From an uncultured Spirochaetota bacterium (GTDB taxonomy: Bacteria > Spirochaetota > Spirochaetia > SZUA-6 > CAVTHK01), in the NCBI GenBank assembly GCA_963734495.1, contig CAVTHK010000003.1, positions 256,001 to 320,000 of the forward strand: a stretch of DNA of 64,000 nt, given 5' to 3'. Below are positions 11,747 through 23,611 of the stretch, in pieces. Under the pieces are notes generated by a model that ran no database searches, was not told where the DNA came from, and saw only the letters and a program-made list of their open reading frames with translations. Numbering within the stretch: position 1 is the stretch's first letter; the number at the start of each line of letters is the position of its first letter. The position numbers and the translations under genes are program-made.

Positions 11747-12682
11747 ATGAACCTCAAAGGTCGATCGCTCTTGACGCTCAAGGACTACACCGCGGAGGAG
11801 ATCCGCGGTCTTCTCGATCTCGCGCACAAGGTCAAGAAGGAGCGGCGCTCGGGCAAGGTCGGCAGGCGCTTCGCGGGCAAGGCACTGGCGCTCATCTTCG
11901 AGAAACGCTCCACGCGGACCCGGTGCGCATTCGAAACGGCGTTCGGCGAGGAGGGCGGCCACGTGTCGTTCCTCTCGATGGCCGACATCCACCTCGGCTC
12001 CAAGGAGACGATCGAGGACACGGCGCGGGTGCTGGGCAGGATGTTCGACGCGATCCAGTTCAGGGGATTCAAGCAGGCGACCGCCGAGGCGCTCGCCGCG
12101 TATTCGGGCGTCCCCGTCTACAACGGCCTCACCGACGTCTACCACCCGACTCAGTCGCTCGCCGACCTGATGACCCTCGAGGAGGCGTTCGGCCGCCTCA
12201 AGGGGCTGCGCCTCGCGTATGTCGGAGACGGGCGCAACAACGTCGCTCATTCCCTGCTGATCGCGTGCTCCAAGATGGGCGTCGACTTCGCCATCGGCGC
12301 CCCCGAGAGCCTCTCTCCCTCGCAGGAGCAGCTGGACTACGCCCGCGGGGAGGCCGCGCGCAGCGGCGCCCGCGTCGAGGTCACCTCCCGCCCCGAGCAG
12401 GCGGTCCGCGGCGCCGACGCCGTGTACACCGACGTGTGGGTCTCGATGGGGGAGGAGGCGCAGGAAAAGGAGCGTGTCGAGCTCCTGACGCCTTTCCAGG
12501 TGAACGATCGCCTCATGAGCGCTACGGGAAAAAAGGAGTCGATCTTCCTGCACTGCCTGCCGGCGGTGCGGGGGAACGAGGTCACCGGCCAGGTGCTCGA
12601 CGGACCGCAGTCGCGGGCCTTCGACGAGGCGGAGAACCGCAAGCACACCATCAAGGCGCTGATGCTCGCTACGATAAATTGA
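11747..12682 (+). CDS. argF: Ornithine carbamoyltransferase
   Basis: STRT, HPTQ, DVWVSMG and HCLP motifs. Confidence 0.95.
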   Translation: MNLKGRSLLTLKDYTAEEIRGLLDLAHKVKKERRSGKVGRRFAGKALALIFEKRSTRTRCAFETAFGEEGGHVSFLSMADIHLGSKETIEDTARVLGRMFDAIQFRGFKQATAEALAAYSGVPVYNGLTDVYHPTQSLADLMTLEEAFGRLKGLRLAYVGDGRNNVAHSLLIACSKMGVDFAIGAPESLSPSQEQLDYARGEAARSGARVEVTSRPEQAVRGADAVYTDVWVSMGEEAQEKERVELLTPFQVNDRLMSATGKKESIFLHCLPAVRGNEVTGQVLDGPQSRAFDEAENRKHTIKALMLATIN

Positions 12683-12741
12683 AGAAGGTCGCCCGCCGCG
12701 CGCTCTGACCCGGGCCTGGGCCGGCGCGTTCGCGGGAGGAG

Positions 12742-14034
12742 CTACAGCGCCTGCGCCGCCCGGTACACCGCGTCGTAGAGCTCCTCGACCTGCTCGGGCT
12801 CCACGGCCGAGAACGCGATCCGCAGCAGCCGCTCGTCCATGGCGACGGTCCCGACGCCCTGCTCGAGCAGCTTCTGGCGCAGCTCCTCCGCGCTCCCCCT
12901 CTTGAGCCGGAAGCACATGAAGTAGCCGGAATTGAACGGCAGGAGCTCCAGCGCCGGAGGCACCTTGCGCCCGGCGAGGACCTGCTTGACCTTGCGGTAC
13001 TTCGCCTCGACCAGCCGGACGGCCGCTTCCTTTTCCTGCCGGTACGTCGGCTTCTCCATGGCCCGGATCAGCAGGTACTGGGCGGGGCGGCCGGCCATCG
13101 AGACTGTGGCGCGGATGGCGCCCATGGTCTTGTTCTCGAGGGCGGAGTACTGGGCCGGCTGGAGGCCCTTGGCCCCGTAGGTCAGCATGCCGACGCGGAA
13201 GCCCCAGACCATGTCTTCCTTGGTGCTCCCGTCGATCTTGACCGCGAGGATGTTCTCGTGCAGCGGAGCGAGATAGGTGAACAGCGACTCCTTGCAGGTC
13301 TCCTCCTCGAAGAAGAGGCCGAAGTAGGCGTCGTCGATGATCACCAGCATGGAAAGCCCGCGATCGGCCAGGTCCCCCAGGACGTGCACGATCGCCTGCG
13401 CCTCGTCGCGCGTCGGCGAATACCCGGTGGGGTTGTTGGGAAAGTTGAGCAGCACGATCGCCTTGCCCCGGCTCTCTTCGCGCACCAGCGCCTCTCTCAG
13501 CCCCGCGGCGTTGAAGCCGCCGGAGCGCGTGAAGAAGGGGAAGGTGACGAAGCGCGCCTCGCGCCGGTCCTCGTACATGAGGCGGTAGTTCTCCCACGCA
13601 AGGTCGGGGATCACGACGGGGTCGCCCGCGTCGATGAACAGGTCGCCGGCGATCGACAGCCCGTGGGTCAGGCCCGCGGTCACCAGGGGCACGGATGTGG
13701 GCACCCCCGCGAGGCCGGGGTTCTTCTCGACCATGGCGGCCTTCCAGATCTCTCTCAAGCGGGGCTCGCCCGCCGTCGTCGAGTAGCCGACCAGCTCCGA
13801 CGGCGACAGCGAGGGCACGGCGGCGCGGATCGAGGGCAGAGCGATGGGCTGGCCCTCGGTGAACGCCATGCCGGCGGTCGCGTTGAAGCGGCTGGCCTTC
13901 TTGTTGGCCTCCGCGGTCTGGGCGACGATCCCCTTGGGGAAGTAGGCGCGCCTTCCGTAGCGCGAGAGCAGGCGCTCCGCCACCGTTCCCGCCAGCGCCG
14001 CATTCGCCTCCTGCAGAGGAGTCACTGGAGCCAT
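12742..14034 (-). CDS. PLP-dependent aminotransferase, class I/II
   Basis: NFPNNPTGY, DDAYFG, GSTKE (PLP lysine), GFRVG. Confidence 0.9.
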   Translation of the reverse strand: MAPVTPLQEANAALAGTVAERLLSRYGRRAYFPKGIVAQTAEANKKASRFNATAGMAFTEGQPIALPSIRAAVPSLSPSELVGYSTTAGEPRLREIWKAAMVEKNPGLAGVPTSVPLVTAGLTHGLSIAGDLFIDAGDPVVIPDLAWENYRLMYEDRREARFVTFPFFTRSGGFNAAGLREALVREESRGKAIVLLNFPNNPTGYSPTRDEAQAIVHVLGDLADRGLSMLVIIDDAYFGLFFEEETCKESLFTYLAPLHENILAVKIDGSTKEDMVWGFRVGMLTYGAKGLQPAQYSALENKTMGAIRATVSMAGRPAQYLLIRAMEKPTYRQEKEAAVRLVEAKYRKVKQVLAGRKVPPALELLPFNSGYFMCFRLKRGSAEELRQKLLEQGVGTVAMDERLLRIAFSAVEPEQVEELYDAVYRAAQAL

Positions 14035-14053
14035 CCCATCCTCCAAAACGCAG

Positions 14054-14077
14054 GCGGCGCCCGTCGCCGGGCGCCGC
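14054..14077 (-). terminator. GC-rich hairpin, possibly a weak terminator
   Basis: GCGGCGCCC-GTCGCC-GGGCGCCGC; a short T-run follows on the minus strand. Confidence 0.45.
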
Positions 14078-14085
14078 AGCGGACT

Positions 14086-15984
<1,899 letters not shown>

Positions 15985-16074
15985 ATCGACCGACCTCTAT
16001 ATCGGCCGCGGTCCTCCGCGGCCAGACTTGCCGAAGCGATGCAACTGGCGGCCTGCTGCAGGTCCGACAGCCTC

Positions 16075-16266
16075 CTAACGCGATTTACAGAGTCGCGCGA
16101 CCGCCGCAAGGGCGATCGCTACCTCGTGTTCCCCGTCCGCGTTCACCGGAGCGGGCTCGGGCCGCCGCGACCCGAGGGCGACCCTGACGGCCGCACCCGT
16201 GGCGAGGGAGGCTGCCACCCCCGCCGCCATACCGACCAGCAGCAGAACGACGTCGCGCGCGATCAC
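16075..16266 (-). CDS. Small membrane protein, OadG/MmdD-like
   Basis: One N-terminal TM segment, Pro-rich linker, EHEVAIALAAVA motif; overlaps the birA stop by 4 nt. Confidence 0.55.
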   Translation of the reverse strand: MIARDVVLLLVGMAAGVAASLATGAAVRVALGSRRPEPAPVNADGEHEVAIALAAVARLCKSR

Positions 16267-16997
16267 TGCACGTCTCCCAGGGTGAGTGTCACCCGGCCCT
16301 GGGGTGTGAGCACTGCGAGGGAGCCTTCCTCGGTGACGTCACAAGCCGTGCCAGTTATCCGGGAGTGGAGCGAGTTTACAGAAATCTGCCGACCTAGCAT
16401 AGGGGTCAGGGCCAGGAACTCGGACCGGATCCAGGGAAAGCCGGCCTCCAGAAACGCGGGGTAGCCGGCGAAGAACTCGTCCAGAACGGCTTCCAGGAAC
16501 GCGTCCCGCTCGACGGCCCGGCCCAGGACGAGGTTCAGCGACGCAGCCGGCTGATCGATGGCGGCGAGGTCCTCCTCCCGCATCGCCAGGTTAACGCCCG
16601 CGCCCACGACCGCGCCGCGCACGCGGCCGGGCGCGCTCACGGCCTCGGCGAGGATGCCCGCGAGCTTGCGGCCCCCCGCGAGCAGGTCGTTCGGCCACTT
16701 GATCGCAACCTCGGCGCCCAGGCCGCGGGCGACGCGCGCGAGGACCACGGCCATGTACTGCGTCAGGTTCGGGAACCCCGCGGGCGGACGCTCCTGCCGC
16801 GCCGGCTCGAGCTTGAGCACGAGGCTCGCGTACAGGTTCCCCGCCACCGACGAGCGCCACGCGCGCTCGAGGCGGCCCCGGCCCCGGGTCTGGCGGTCGG
16901 CGACGACGGCGAGGCCGTGGGGGAGCTCCTCGAACCGTTCGACGGCGTAGCGATTGGTCGACTCGATCTCGCCCAGGTGAAGGACGCGATGCCTCAT
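16263..16997 (-). CDS. birA: Biotin-protein ligase without HTH domain
   Basis: STN, QTRGRGR..R.W, IKWPND, KLAGIL, GAGVN. Confidence 0.93.
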   Translation of the reverse strand: MRHRVLHLGEIESTNRYAVERFEELPHGLAVVADRQTRGRGRLERAWRSSVAGNLYASLVLKLEPARQERPPAGFPNLTQYMAVVLARVARGLGAEVAIKWPNDLLAGGRKLAGILAEAVSAPGRVRGAVVGAGVNLAMREEDLAAIDQPAASLNLVLGRAVERDAFLEAVLDEFFAGYPAFLEAGFPWIRSEFLALTPMLGRQISVNSLHSRITGTACDVTEEGSLAVLTPQGRVTLTLGDVQ

Positions 16998-17005
16998 CGC
17001 ACGGG

Positions 17006-17191
17006 TCAGCGCTTGAGCACCCGTCGCTGAACGAGCTCGCGCATGCGCATGATGCCCTGCCTGCCATGCAGGGCCCAGGACCCGGCCGCGCCGGGCGCGG
17101 CGGCCGCACCCGCCTTCACCTTTGACGTCTCCTCTTCTTCCTCGAGGTAGCGCGCGACGCCGGCGAGAACCGCAAGCACTTCGGGGTTCAT
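17006..17191 (-). CDS. Small acyl-CoA carboxylase accessory (epsilon/delta-like) protein
   Basis: MNPEVLAVLAGVARYLEEE...SWALHGR; GGAG RBS directly after the beta-subunit gene. Confidence 0.6.
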   Translation of the reverse strand: MNPEVLAVLAGVARYLEEEEETSKVKAGAAAAPGAAGSWALHGRQGIMRMRELVQRRVLKR

Positions 17192-17199
17192 CTCGGCTC

Positions 17200-18753
17200 C
17201 TACAGCGGGATATTCCCGTGTTTCTTGGGAGGCAGCGCCTCGCTCTTGCTCTTCATGAGCTCGAGCGCGGCGACGAGCCGCACGCGCGTCTCCGCGGGCC
17301 GGATCACCGCGTCGATGTAGCCGCGCTCGGCCGCCAAGTACGGGTTGTAGAGCTGGTTCTCGTACTCCTCGATCTTCTGCCGGCGCGCGGCCTGCGGGTC
17401 GGCGGCGCCGTCGATCTCGCGGCGGTAGATGATGTTGACCGCGCCCTCGGCGCCCATCACCGCGATCTCGGCCGTGGGCCAGGCGAAGACCATGTCCGCG
17501 CCGAGGTGGCGCGAGCTCATGGCGATGTACGCGCCGCCGTACGCCTTTCGCGTGATGACCGTGAGCTTGGGGACCGTAGCCTCGGAGTAGCTCCACAGGA
17601 GCTTCGCGCCGTGGCGGATGATGCCGCCCCACTCCTGCTGCGCGCCGGGGAGGTAGCCGGGGACGTCGACGAACGAGACCAGGGGGATGTTGAAGGCGTC
17701 GCAGAAGCGGATAAAGCGGCTCGCCTTGTCGGAGGCGTTGATGTCGAGGCAGCCCGCGAGCACGGCGGGCTGGTTGCCCACGACGCCTGTCACGTGCCCG
17801 GCGATGCGCGCGAAGCCCGTGACGATGTTCTGCGCGTAGGCGGCGCTCGACTCAAAGAAGCTGTCGCGGTCCACGACCGCGGCGATGACCGCCTTGATGT
17901 CGTAGGCGAGGCGCGCGCTGTCGGGGATGATGGCGTCGAGCTCTGGGCACTCGCGGCGCGGACTGTCCTGGGGCGCCTGGTACGGCGGGTCCTCGATGTT
18001 GTTCGACGGGAGGTAGGAGAGCAGCTTCTTGATCTGGGCGATCGTGTCGGCTTCCGTCGCTCCGGAGAACTGCGCGTTGCCGCTCTTGACGTTGTGGGCC
18101 GCCGCGCCGCCGAGGTCCTCGTGCGTCGTGTCCTCGCCCGTGACGGCTTTGATGACCGCCGGCCCGGTGATGTACATGTAGCTCGTCCGCTCGGTCATGA
18201 ACGTCCAGTCGGTCATCGCGGGGGAGTACACGGCGCCGCCGGCGCAGGGGCCCATGATCGCCGAGATCTGCGGGATGACGCCCGAGGCCCGGGCGTTCCT
18301 GAAAAAGATGTCGCCGTAGCCCCGCAGCGAGTCGATGCCCTCCTGGATGCGCGCGCCGCCCGAATCGTTGAACCCCACCACGGGGGAGCCCGACTTGAGC
18401 GCGAGGTCGAGGATCTTGCAGATCTTGGCCGAGTGCATCTCACCCAGCGACCCGCCGCGCGCCGTGAAGTCCTGGAAGAAGGCGAACACCGGCCTTCCGC
18501 TGACGAGGCCGTGGCCCGTGACCACCCCGTCGGATGGGATCACCTGCTTGTCCATGCCGAAACGCGACGCCCGGTGATGCACGAAGCGGTCGATCTCCTG
18601 GAACGTGCCCTCGTCGAAGAACAGCGCCACCCGCTCGCGCGCCGACAGCTTTCCCTGCTTGTGCTGCTTCTCGACCTGGTCGTCGCCGCCCATCTTGAGG
18701 GTCTCGCAGTCCCTCTTCGCCAGGTCCTCGATTCTGCTACGGATCGATTCCAT
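17200..18753 (-). CDS. Acyl-CoA carboxyltransferase beta subunit (PccB/MmdA/transcarboxylase 12S family)
   Basis: GKLSARER, DSGGARIQEG, GPCAGGAVYSP, DVPGYLPG, RKAYGGAY, KKHGNIPL. Confidence 0.95.
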   Translation of the reverse strand: MESIRSRIEDLAKRDCETLKMGGDDQVEKQHKQGKLSARERVALFFDEGTFQEIDRFVHHRASRFGMDKQVIPSDGVVTGHGLVSGRPVFAFFQDFTARGGSLGEMHSAKICKILDLALKSGSPVVGFNDSGGARIQEGIDSLRGYGDIFFRNARASGVIPQISAIMGPCAGGAVYSPAMTDWTFMTERTSYMYITGPAVIKAVTGEDTTHEDLGGAAAHNVKSGNAQFSGATEADTIAQIKKLLSYLPSNNIEDPPYQAPQDSPRRECPELDAIIPDSARLAYDIKAVIAAVVDRDSFFESSAAYAQNIVTGFARIAGHVTGVVGNQPAVLAGCLDINASDKASRFIRFCDAFNIPLVSFVDVPGYLPGAQQEWGGIIRHGAKLLWSYSEATVPKLTVITRKAYGGAYIAMSSRHLGADMVFAWPTAEIAVMGAEGAVNIIYRREIDGAADPQAARRQKIEEYENQLYNPYLAAERGYIDAVIRPAETRVRLVAALELMKSKSEALPPKKHGNIPL

Positions 18754-18793
18754 TTCTGCTCCCGGGTCCGCTTGGCCGCTCGAAGATCGGAGG

Positions 18794-18861
18794 AGCATAG
18801 CTAGTTTGCGCAAAAAGAGTCAAGAAAAAGCCGTACGCAGCCGTACGGCGGCCTCCGTACG
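18794..18861 (-). promoter_or_regulatory. Promoter of the carboxyltransferase operon with candidate operator motifs
   Basis: Minus strand TTGACT-N18-TATGCT; palindrome TTTGCGCAAA at 18805-18814; three CCGTACG copies at 18831, 18841 and 18855. Confidence 0.55.
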
Positions 18862-19048
18862 ATATCGCGCGGGCCGCGGCGGGCGGGCGGGACAGCCGGC
18901 GGGGCGGGCCGAACGGCGCCTTGACCAGTGTCCGGGCGGGCTGTAGGCTTCCGCAGGCACGATCCTCGATGCCCGGACCGGTCGCAGCGGCGGATCGGAC
19001 CCAGACGAAAGGACAAAAGGCTGCCGGCACGGCCGGTCGAGCTTGCCG

Positions 19049-20479
19049 ATGTACGTCTACCGCAGGCTATCCAATGTGCGCCGCGTCGTGTTCTGGCTCG
19101 CGGCCGCGCTATACCTCGTCACCTTCCCTGTCATCATCCTCGACGTCACGGGAATCGTGCTGCGCCCCGCCCAGCGCACGCCGTTCATCCAGACGGGAGC
19201 GCTGGAGATCGTCACCCGGCCCGACGGGTGCGAAGTCGTCGTGGATGGCCGGTCCGCCCGCTCGCTCACGCCGGCCGTCGTCGAAGGATTGCAGCCGGGG
19301 CGCCACGACGTGCTGATCCAGGGGCCCGGCGGCGCTTCGTGGCGTGGAGCGATCGAAGTCGCTCCCGGCGAGGTCACCTCCGTCAAGGGGCTGCCCGTCG
19401 CGCTGCCTTCGGTGACGCGGGTCCCGCTTCCCGCGGGCCCGGTGCTCGCTGTGCGCCGCAGCCTCGTCAGCGCTTCCGTTCTGGTTGCCGGGTCCGAGGA
19501 GCCGCGCCTCGCGGTGCTGGACCTCGCCGCGGGGCGCCTGGTGCCCCTGCGCGGGGCGCCGGTCCGGGGGACGGTCTCGGCGGTGCACCCCATGCTTTCG
19601 GACGCGGAGTTCCTCGTCCAGCTCGACCTGGGCAACGGCAGCTCGGCGATGCTCCTCGACCAGTCCGCCCTGGGCGGCTGGAGCTCGATCGAGCTGCCCT
19701 TCGGCCTGCCCGCGGGGGTCCTCCCGCTCGCCGTCTCCTGGCGTGATCGCGCCGTCATGTACCTCGACGGCCAGCTCGTCGTTCAGAGGAGCCCCGCGGG
19801 CGACCGCACCCTGTTCGCGACGAGCGCCCCGGTCGTGGCCTCGGGGTCGGCCCAGGGAGGGATGCTGCTGCTCGACAGGGACGGCTGGCTCTATCATCAG
19901 GCTCGCTTCCTCGCCCCCCGCGTCGTTTCCAGCTACCGGCTCGGCGCCCTCTCGGCCGTCGCCGAGGGCGCGCGGGGCAAGATCGTGGCGCAGAAGGGCT
20001 CGGTTCTCGTCGTGAAGGCGGGTCAGTCGCTGTTCCTGCTGACCCGCACGCGCGCCGTGGAAGTGACGGGAGTCGGAGGCGCGGCCTTTGACGAAGTCCG
20101 CGAGCGCATCATCGTGTGGAGCGCGAATCGCGTCGGAAGGCTCGACAATCCGTGGATCGAGAGCGAGCCGCACCCCGGCGCTCCGGCGGCGAAGCAGCCG
20201 ACGCTCAGCTGGAGCCTGCAGACCGAGGGGCCGGTCGAAAGGGTGATCGCGGTGCGCGACGGCGACGCCGTGATCATCGTGACCGACGCCGCTCTGCTCC
20301 TCGGGGTGCTGAGCGAGCGGGTCCTGCTCGAGCCGTTCAACATCGCCACCCTCGCGCCCGGAGGCGTCCGTCCCGTGATCGACGCCTCCGGCGCCGTCGT
20401 GCTCGCGGATGGGCCGGGTCCGGCGCAGCTTCTGCGGCTGGCCCCGCCGCCCCTGGCGATCCCGGGAGAGCAGCGATGA
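19049..20479 (+). CDS. PEGA-domain membrane-anchored protein
   Basis: N-terminal TM, then TGALEIVTRPDGCEVVVDG..TPAVVEGLQPGRHDV (PEGA); beta-rich C-terminus. Confidence 0.8.
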   Translation: MYVYRRLSNVRRVVFWLAAALYLVTFPVIILDVTGIVLRPAQRTPFIQTGALEIVTRPDGCEVVVDGRSARSLTPAVVEGLQPGRHDVLIQGPGGASWRGAIEVAPGEVTSVKGLPVALPSVTRVPLPAGPVLAVRRSLVSASVLVAGSEEPRLAVLDLAAGRLVPLRGAPVRGTVSAVHPMLSDAEFLVQLDLGNGSSAMLLDQSALGGWSSIELPFGLPAGVLPLAVSWRDRAVMYLDGQLVVQRSPAGDRTLFATSAPVVASGSAQGGMLLLDRDGWLYHQARFLAPRVVSSYRLGALSAVAEGARGKIVAQKGSVLVVKAGQSLFLLTRTRAVEVTGVGGAAFDEVRERIIVWSANRVGRLDNPWIESEPHPGAPAAKQPTLSWSLQTEGPVERVIAVRDGDAVIIVTDAALLLGVLSERVLLEPFNIATLAPGGVRPVIDASGAVVLADGPGPAQLLRLAPPPLAIPGEQR

Positions 20480-22113
20480 GCTTTGCCTACACTCCATGGC
20501 CGGAGGACAAGCGGGCGCGGCGCCTCCAGCGGCTGCTCGACATGCTTCCGGGCCTCGTGAGCTGGAGCATCATCCTCGGCCTGGCCGCGGTGTCGCTCTT
20601 CGCCCCGATCTATGGAGCGGTGGCGCTCGTCGCGTTCCTCTACTACTACGTGTTCCGCATCTCCTACGTCGCCGTGTTCCTCATGCTCGGTTTTTTCCAG
20701 ATCTGGGTCGAGAGGCGCACGGACTGGGTGGCCCGCATCCGCGACCTCTACGACCCGCCCGCCGAGCCGCAGCCGGTCTCCGGCGTGCGGGCGCGCCTCT
20801 CGCTGCGCCGCCACTGGAGCAACCTGCGCGCCCTGCTGCGCGAATCCGAGGGCAAGCCGCTGCCGAAGCTCGACGATCTGCTGCACGTCGTCCTGATACC
20901 GGTGCTGCGCGAGCGGCGCTCCATTTACGAGGAGACGGTGCGCGGCGTCGCGGCGAGCACCATGGCGAGCGAGGAGAAGATCGTGGTCGCTCTCGGCGTC
21001 GAGGAGCGGGGCGGGGCGGAGGTCCTGGAGGCCTGCCGCGAGGTGCAGCGCGAATGGCGCGACCGCTTCGTGGATTTCCTCGTGATCGTGCACCCCGACG
21101 GGCTGCCCGGCGAGATCCCGGGCAAGGCCTCGAACGACACCTACGCGGCGCGCCAGGTCGTCGCCTGGCTCGAGGAGCGCGGCACCGACCTGCGCAACGT
21201 CGTCCTCACCTGCCTCGATTCCGACACGATGGTCCCGCCGAGCTACTTTGCCTGCCTCACCTACGCGTTTCTCGCCTGTCCGGAGAGGCTGCGCGCGAGC
21301 TTCCAGCCGATCCCGGTCTTCGATAAGAACCTCTGGTCGGTCCCCGCCCCCGTGCGCATCGCCGAGATGAGCACCACGGTCGTGCAGGTGATCGAGAGCA
21401 CGAACATGGACTGGCTGGTCTCGTTCTCGAGCCACAGCATCAGCCTGTACGGCCTGCGGGAGGCCGGCTACTGGCCCGTGGACATGGTCGCCGAGGATGC
21501 CGCGGGCTACTGGCAGCGCTACGTGCATTTCAGCGGCGACTACCGTGTCGTGCCGATCCCGGTTTCCGTCTCGATGGACGCCCCCGAAGGCGAAACGTTC
21601 CTGCAGACGATGCTCATATCCTACAAGCAGAAGCGCCGCTGGGCGTTCGGGGCCGAGAACGTGGCCGTCGCGCTCCGCGGCGTGCTCACGACGCGCGGTC
21701 TGGACCTCGCGCGCAAGCTCACCTGCGCGATCAAGCTCATCGACAACTACGTGACCTGGGCGACGTGGGCCTTCATCCTGAACTTCGTCATCTGGATGCC
21801 GCGGCTGGGCGCGCAGATCGCGAAGAGCTCCGCGCTGGCCGTGTTCAACTTCCAGCGCCTCTCCGGGACCGTGTTCAGCCTCTCCGGGGTCTACCTCGTG
21901 CTGCTGGTGGTGATCTCGCTGGCGCTCGCAACTCGCAAGGCCGCGCCCAGGGCGCCGCTCTGGCGCCTGCTGCTGCACCCCCTGGAATGGCTGCTCTTCC
22001 TGCCGATCACTTCGCTGCTCCTCGGCAGCGTTCCCGCGCTCGATGCGCAGACCCGCCTCATGCTCGGCAAGCGCCTCGGCTACTTCCCGGTCCCGCACAA
22101 GGACAAGGAGTAA
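20476..22113 (+). CDS. Integral-membrane glycosyltransferase family 2
   Basis: GKASN, DSD (DxD), AED and QKRRW (QxxRW) processive GT2 motifs; TM helices at both ends; ATGA overlap with the PEGA gene. Confidence 0.88.
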   Translation: MSFAYTPWPEDKRARRLQRLLDMLPGLVSWSIILGLAAVSLFAPIYGAVALVAFLYYYVFRISYVAVFLMLGFFQIWVERRTDWVARIRDLYDPPAEPQPVSGVRARLSLRRHWSNLRALLRESEGKPLPKLDDLLHVVLIPVLRERRSIYEETVRGVAASTMASEEKIVVALGVEERGGAEVLEACREVQREWRDRFVDFLVIVHPDGLPGEIPGKASNDTYAARQVVAWLEERGTDLRNVVLTCLDSDTMVPPSYFACLTYAFLACPERLRASFQPIPVFDKNLWSVPAPVRIAEMSTTVVQVIESTNMDWLVSFSSHSISLYGLREAGYWPVDMVAEDAAGYWQRYVHFSGDYRVVPIPVSVSMDAPEGETFLQTMLISYKQKRRWAFGAENVAVALRGVLTTRGLDLARKLTCAIKLIDNYVTWATWAFILNFVIWMPRLGAQIAKSSALAVFNFQRLSGTVFSLSGVYLVLLVVISLALATRKAAPRAPLWRLLLHPLEWLLFLPITSLLLGSVPALDAQTRLMLGKRLGYFPVPHKDKE

Positions 22114-22160
22114 GGCCGCGACCCGTTTCGCCGCCGCATGGCTCGCCTGCCGCGGGGCCG

Positions 22161-23499
22161 TCAGCCGCCCTTCGCCCCGCCGCCCGCCGCCGGCGCCGGG
22201 CGTGTCGCGCAGGCCCTTGCGCCCGCCGCGGCCGAGCAGGCTCGCGCGCGTCAGGCTGGCGTCCTTCTTCTTTTTGAGCTCCAGGGCGACCTCCTCGATC
22301 CTGCGCCTTCGGTCGGAGGGCCTGCCCTGCTCAGGGGGCTCTTCGAAGAGCTCGCCCTGCATCGGCTGGCCCTGCGCTGGACGCGCGCCCTGCGCTGGCT
22401 CGCCCTGCGCCCGGGGCTCGCTTCCGCGGCGGTGCTCGCCCTGCCCGGGGGCCAGGCCCTGCTCGCGCGCCGCCTCGCCGGCGAGGCCGACGCCGATCAG
22501 GCGCACCGGGGTCGCGCCGTCCCAGCGGCGGTCGAGGAGCTCGAGCGCCACCCGGTGGATCTCGAGCGCGGAGGCCGGGGGCCGGGCGAGCGTCGTCTGG
22601 ATCGTGGTGGTCTTGAAGTCGTGCGTGCGCAGCTTGAGGAACAGCGTGCGCGCGGCCTCGCGCTCCTCGATGACGCGCTCCATGAGCAGCTGCGAGAGCT
22701 CGAGGAGGACGGTCCGCAGGTGCTCGCGGTCGACGGTGTCGTGCTCGAAGGTGATCTCGTGGCTGAGGGAGTGGCTCCGCGGCGTTTCGGAGTGAATCCC
22801 GGGGTCTTCGCCGCGCACGCAGCCGTGGAGGAAGCGCGCGGCGCCCTTGCCCAGCATCGACGCGAGCTGCGCTTGAGAGAGAGCGCGCAGCTCGGGGATC
22901 GTGGTGATGCCCGCCTCGCGCAGCCGCGCCCGCGTCTTTTTCCCCACGCCCCAGAGATCCTTGAGCGCGAGCCCGTCGAGAAACGCGATCGCCTCCCCTT
23001 CGGCGACGCGCACGAGGCCGTCGGGCTTGCCCGCTTCGCAGGCGAGCTTGGCGAGATAGCGGTTGGGGGCGATGCCGACGGAGACGTTCAGCCCCTCGGC
23101 CCCGCGGACCTGGTCCTTCATCCGGCGGCCGACCTCGAGGGAGTCGCCTAACAGCCGCTCGGTGCCCGAGAGGTCGAGGAAGGCTTCGTCCACCGAGATC
23201 TGCTGCAGGTGCGGCGTGTAGCCGGCGAGGATCGCCATGACGTTACGCGATACCTCGACGTAGCGGTCCATCCGCGCGGGCACGAAGACGCCCCTGGGAC
23301 AGCGCCGATACGCCTCCGATATGGGCATCGCCGAGCGCACGCCGAATCGCCGCGCCTCGTACGAGCACGCGGCGACGACGCCCCGCTGCCCCGGCATCGC
23401 GCCGACGATCACGGGTTTCCCGCGCAGCGTGGCGTTGTCCCGCTGCTCCACCGAGGCGTAGAACGCGTCGAGGTCCACGTGGAAGATCGTGGCGCCCAT
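22161..23499 (-). CDS. dinB: DNA polymerase IV; 3' end approximate because no in-frame stop lies nearby
   Basis: HVDLDAFYASVE, SYEAR, SVDEAF, LAKLA..KPDG, VRLIGVG, QGELF clamp-binding-like motif. Confidence 0.92.
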
Positions 23500-23611
23500 C
23501 GGACCTTCTGGATTACCACGGCAGCGAGCCGGCGCGCAAGGAGCGGGCGAGCTGGGAGCGGACGAGCCGGGAGCCGGCGGGCGAGGGGCCGCCGCGGCGG
23601 GCGCGGGCGCT

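Noticed and set aside
20023-22160. Apparent 1158-aa DinB fusion protein
   Set aside because: The extension is the antisense shadow of the GT2 and PEGA genes and has no motifs; it is explained by high GC plus a probably lost stop.
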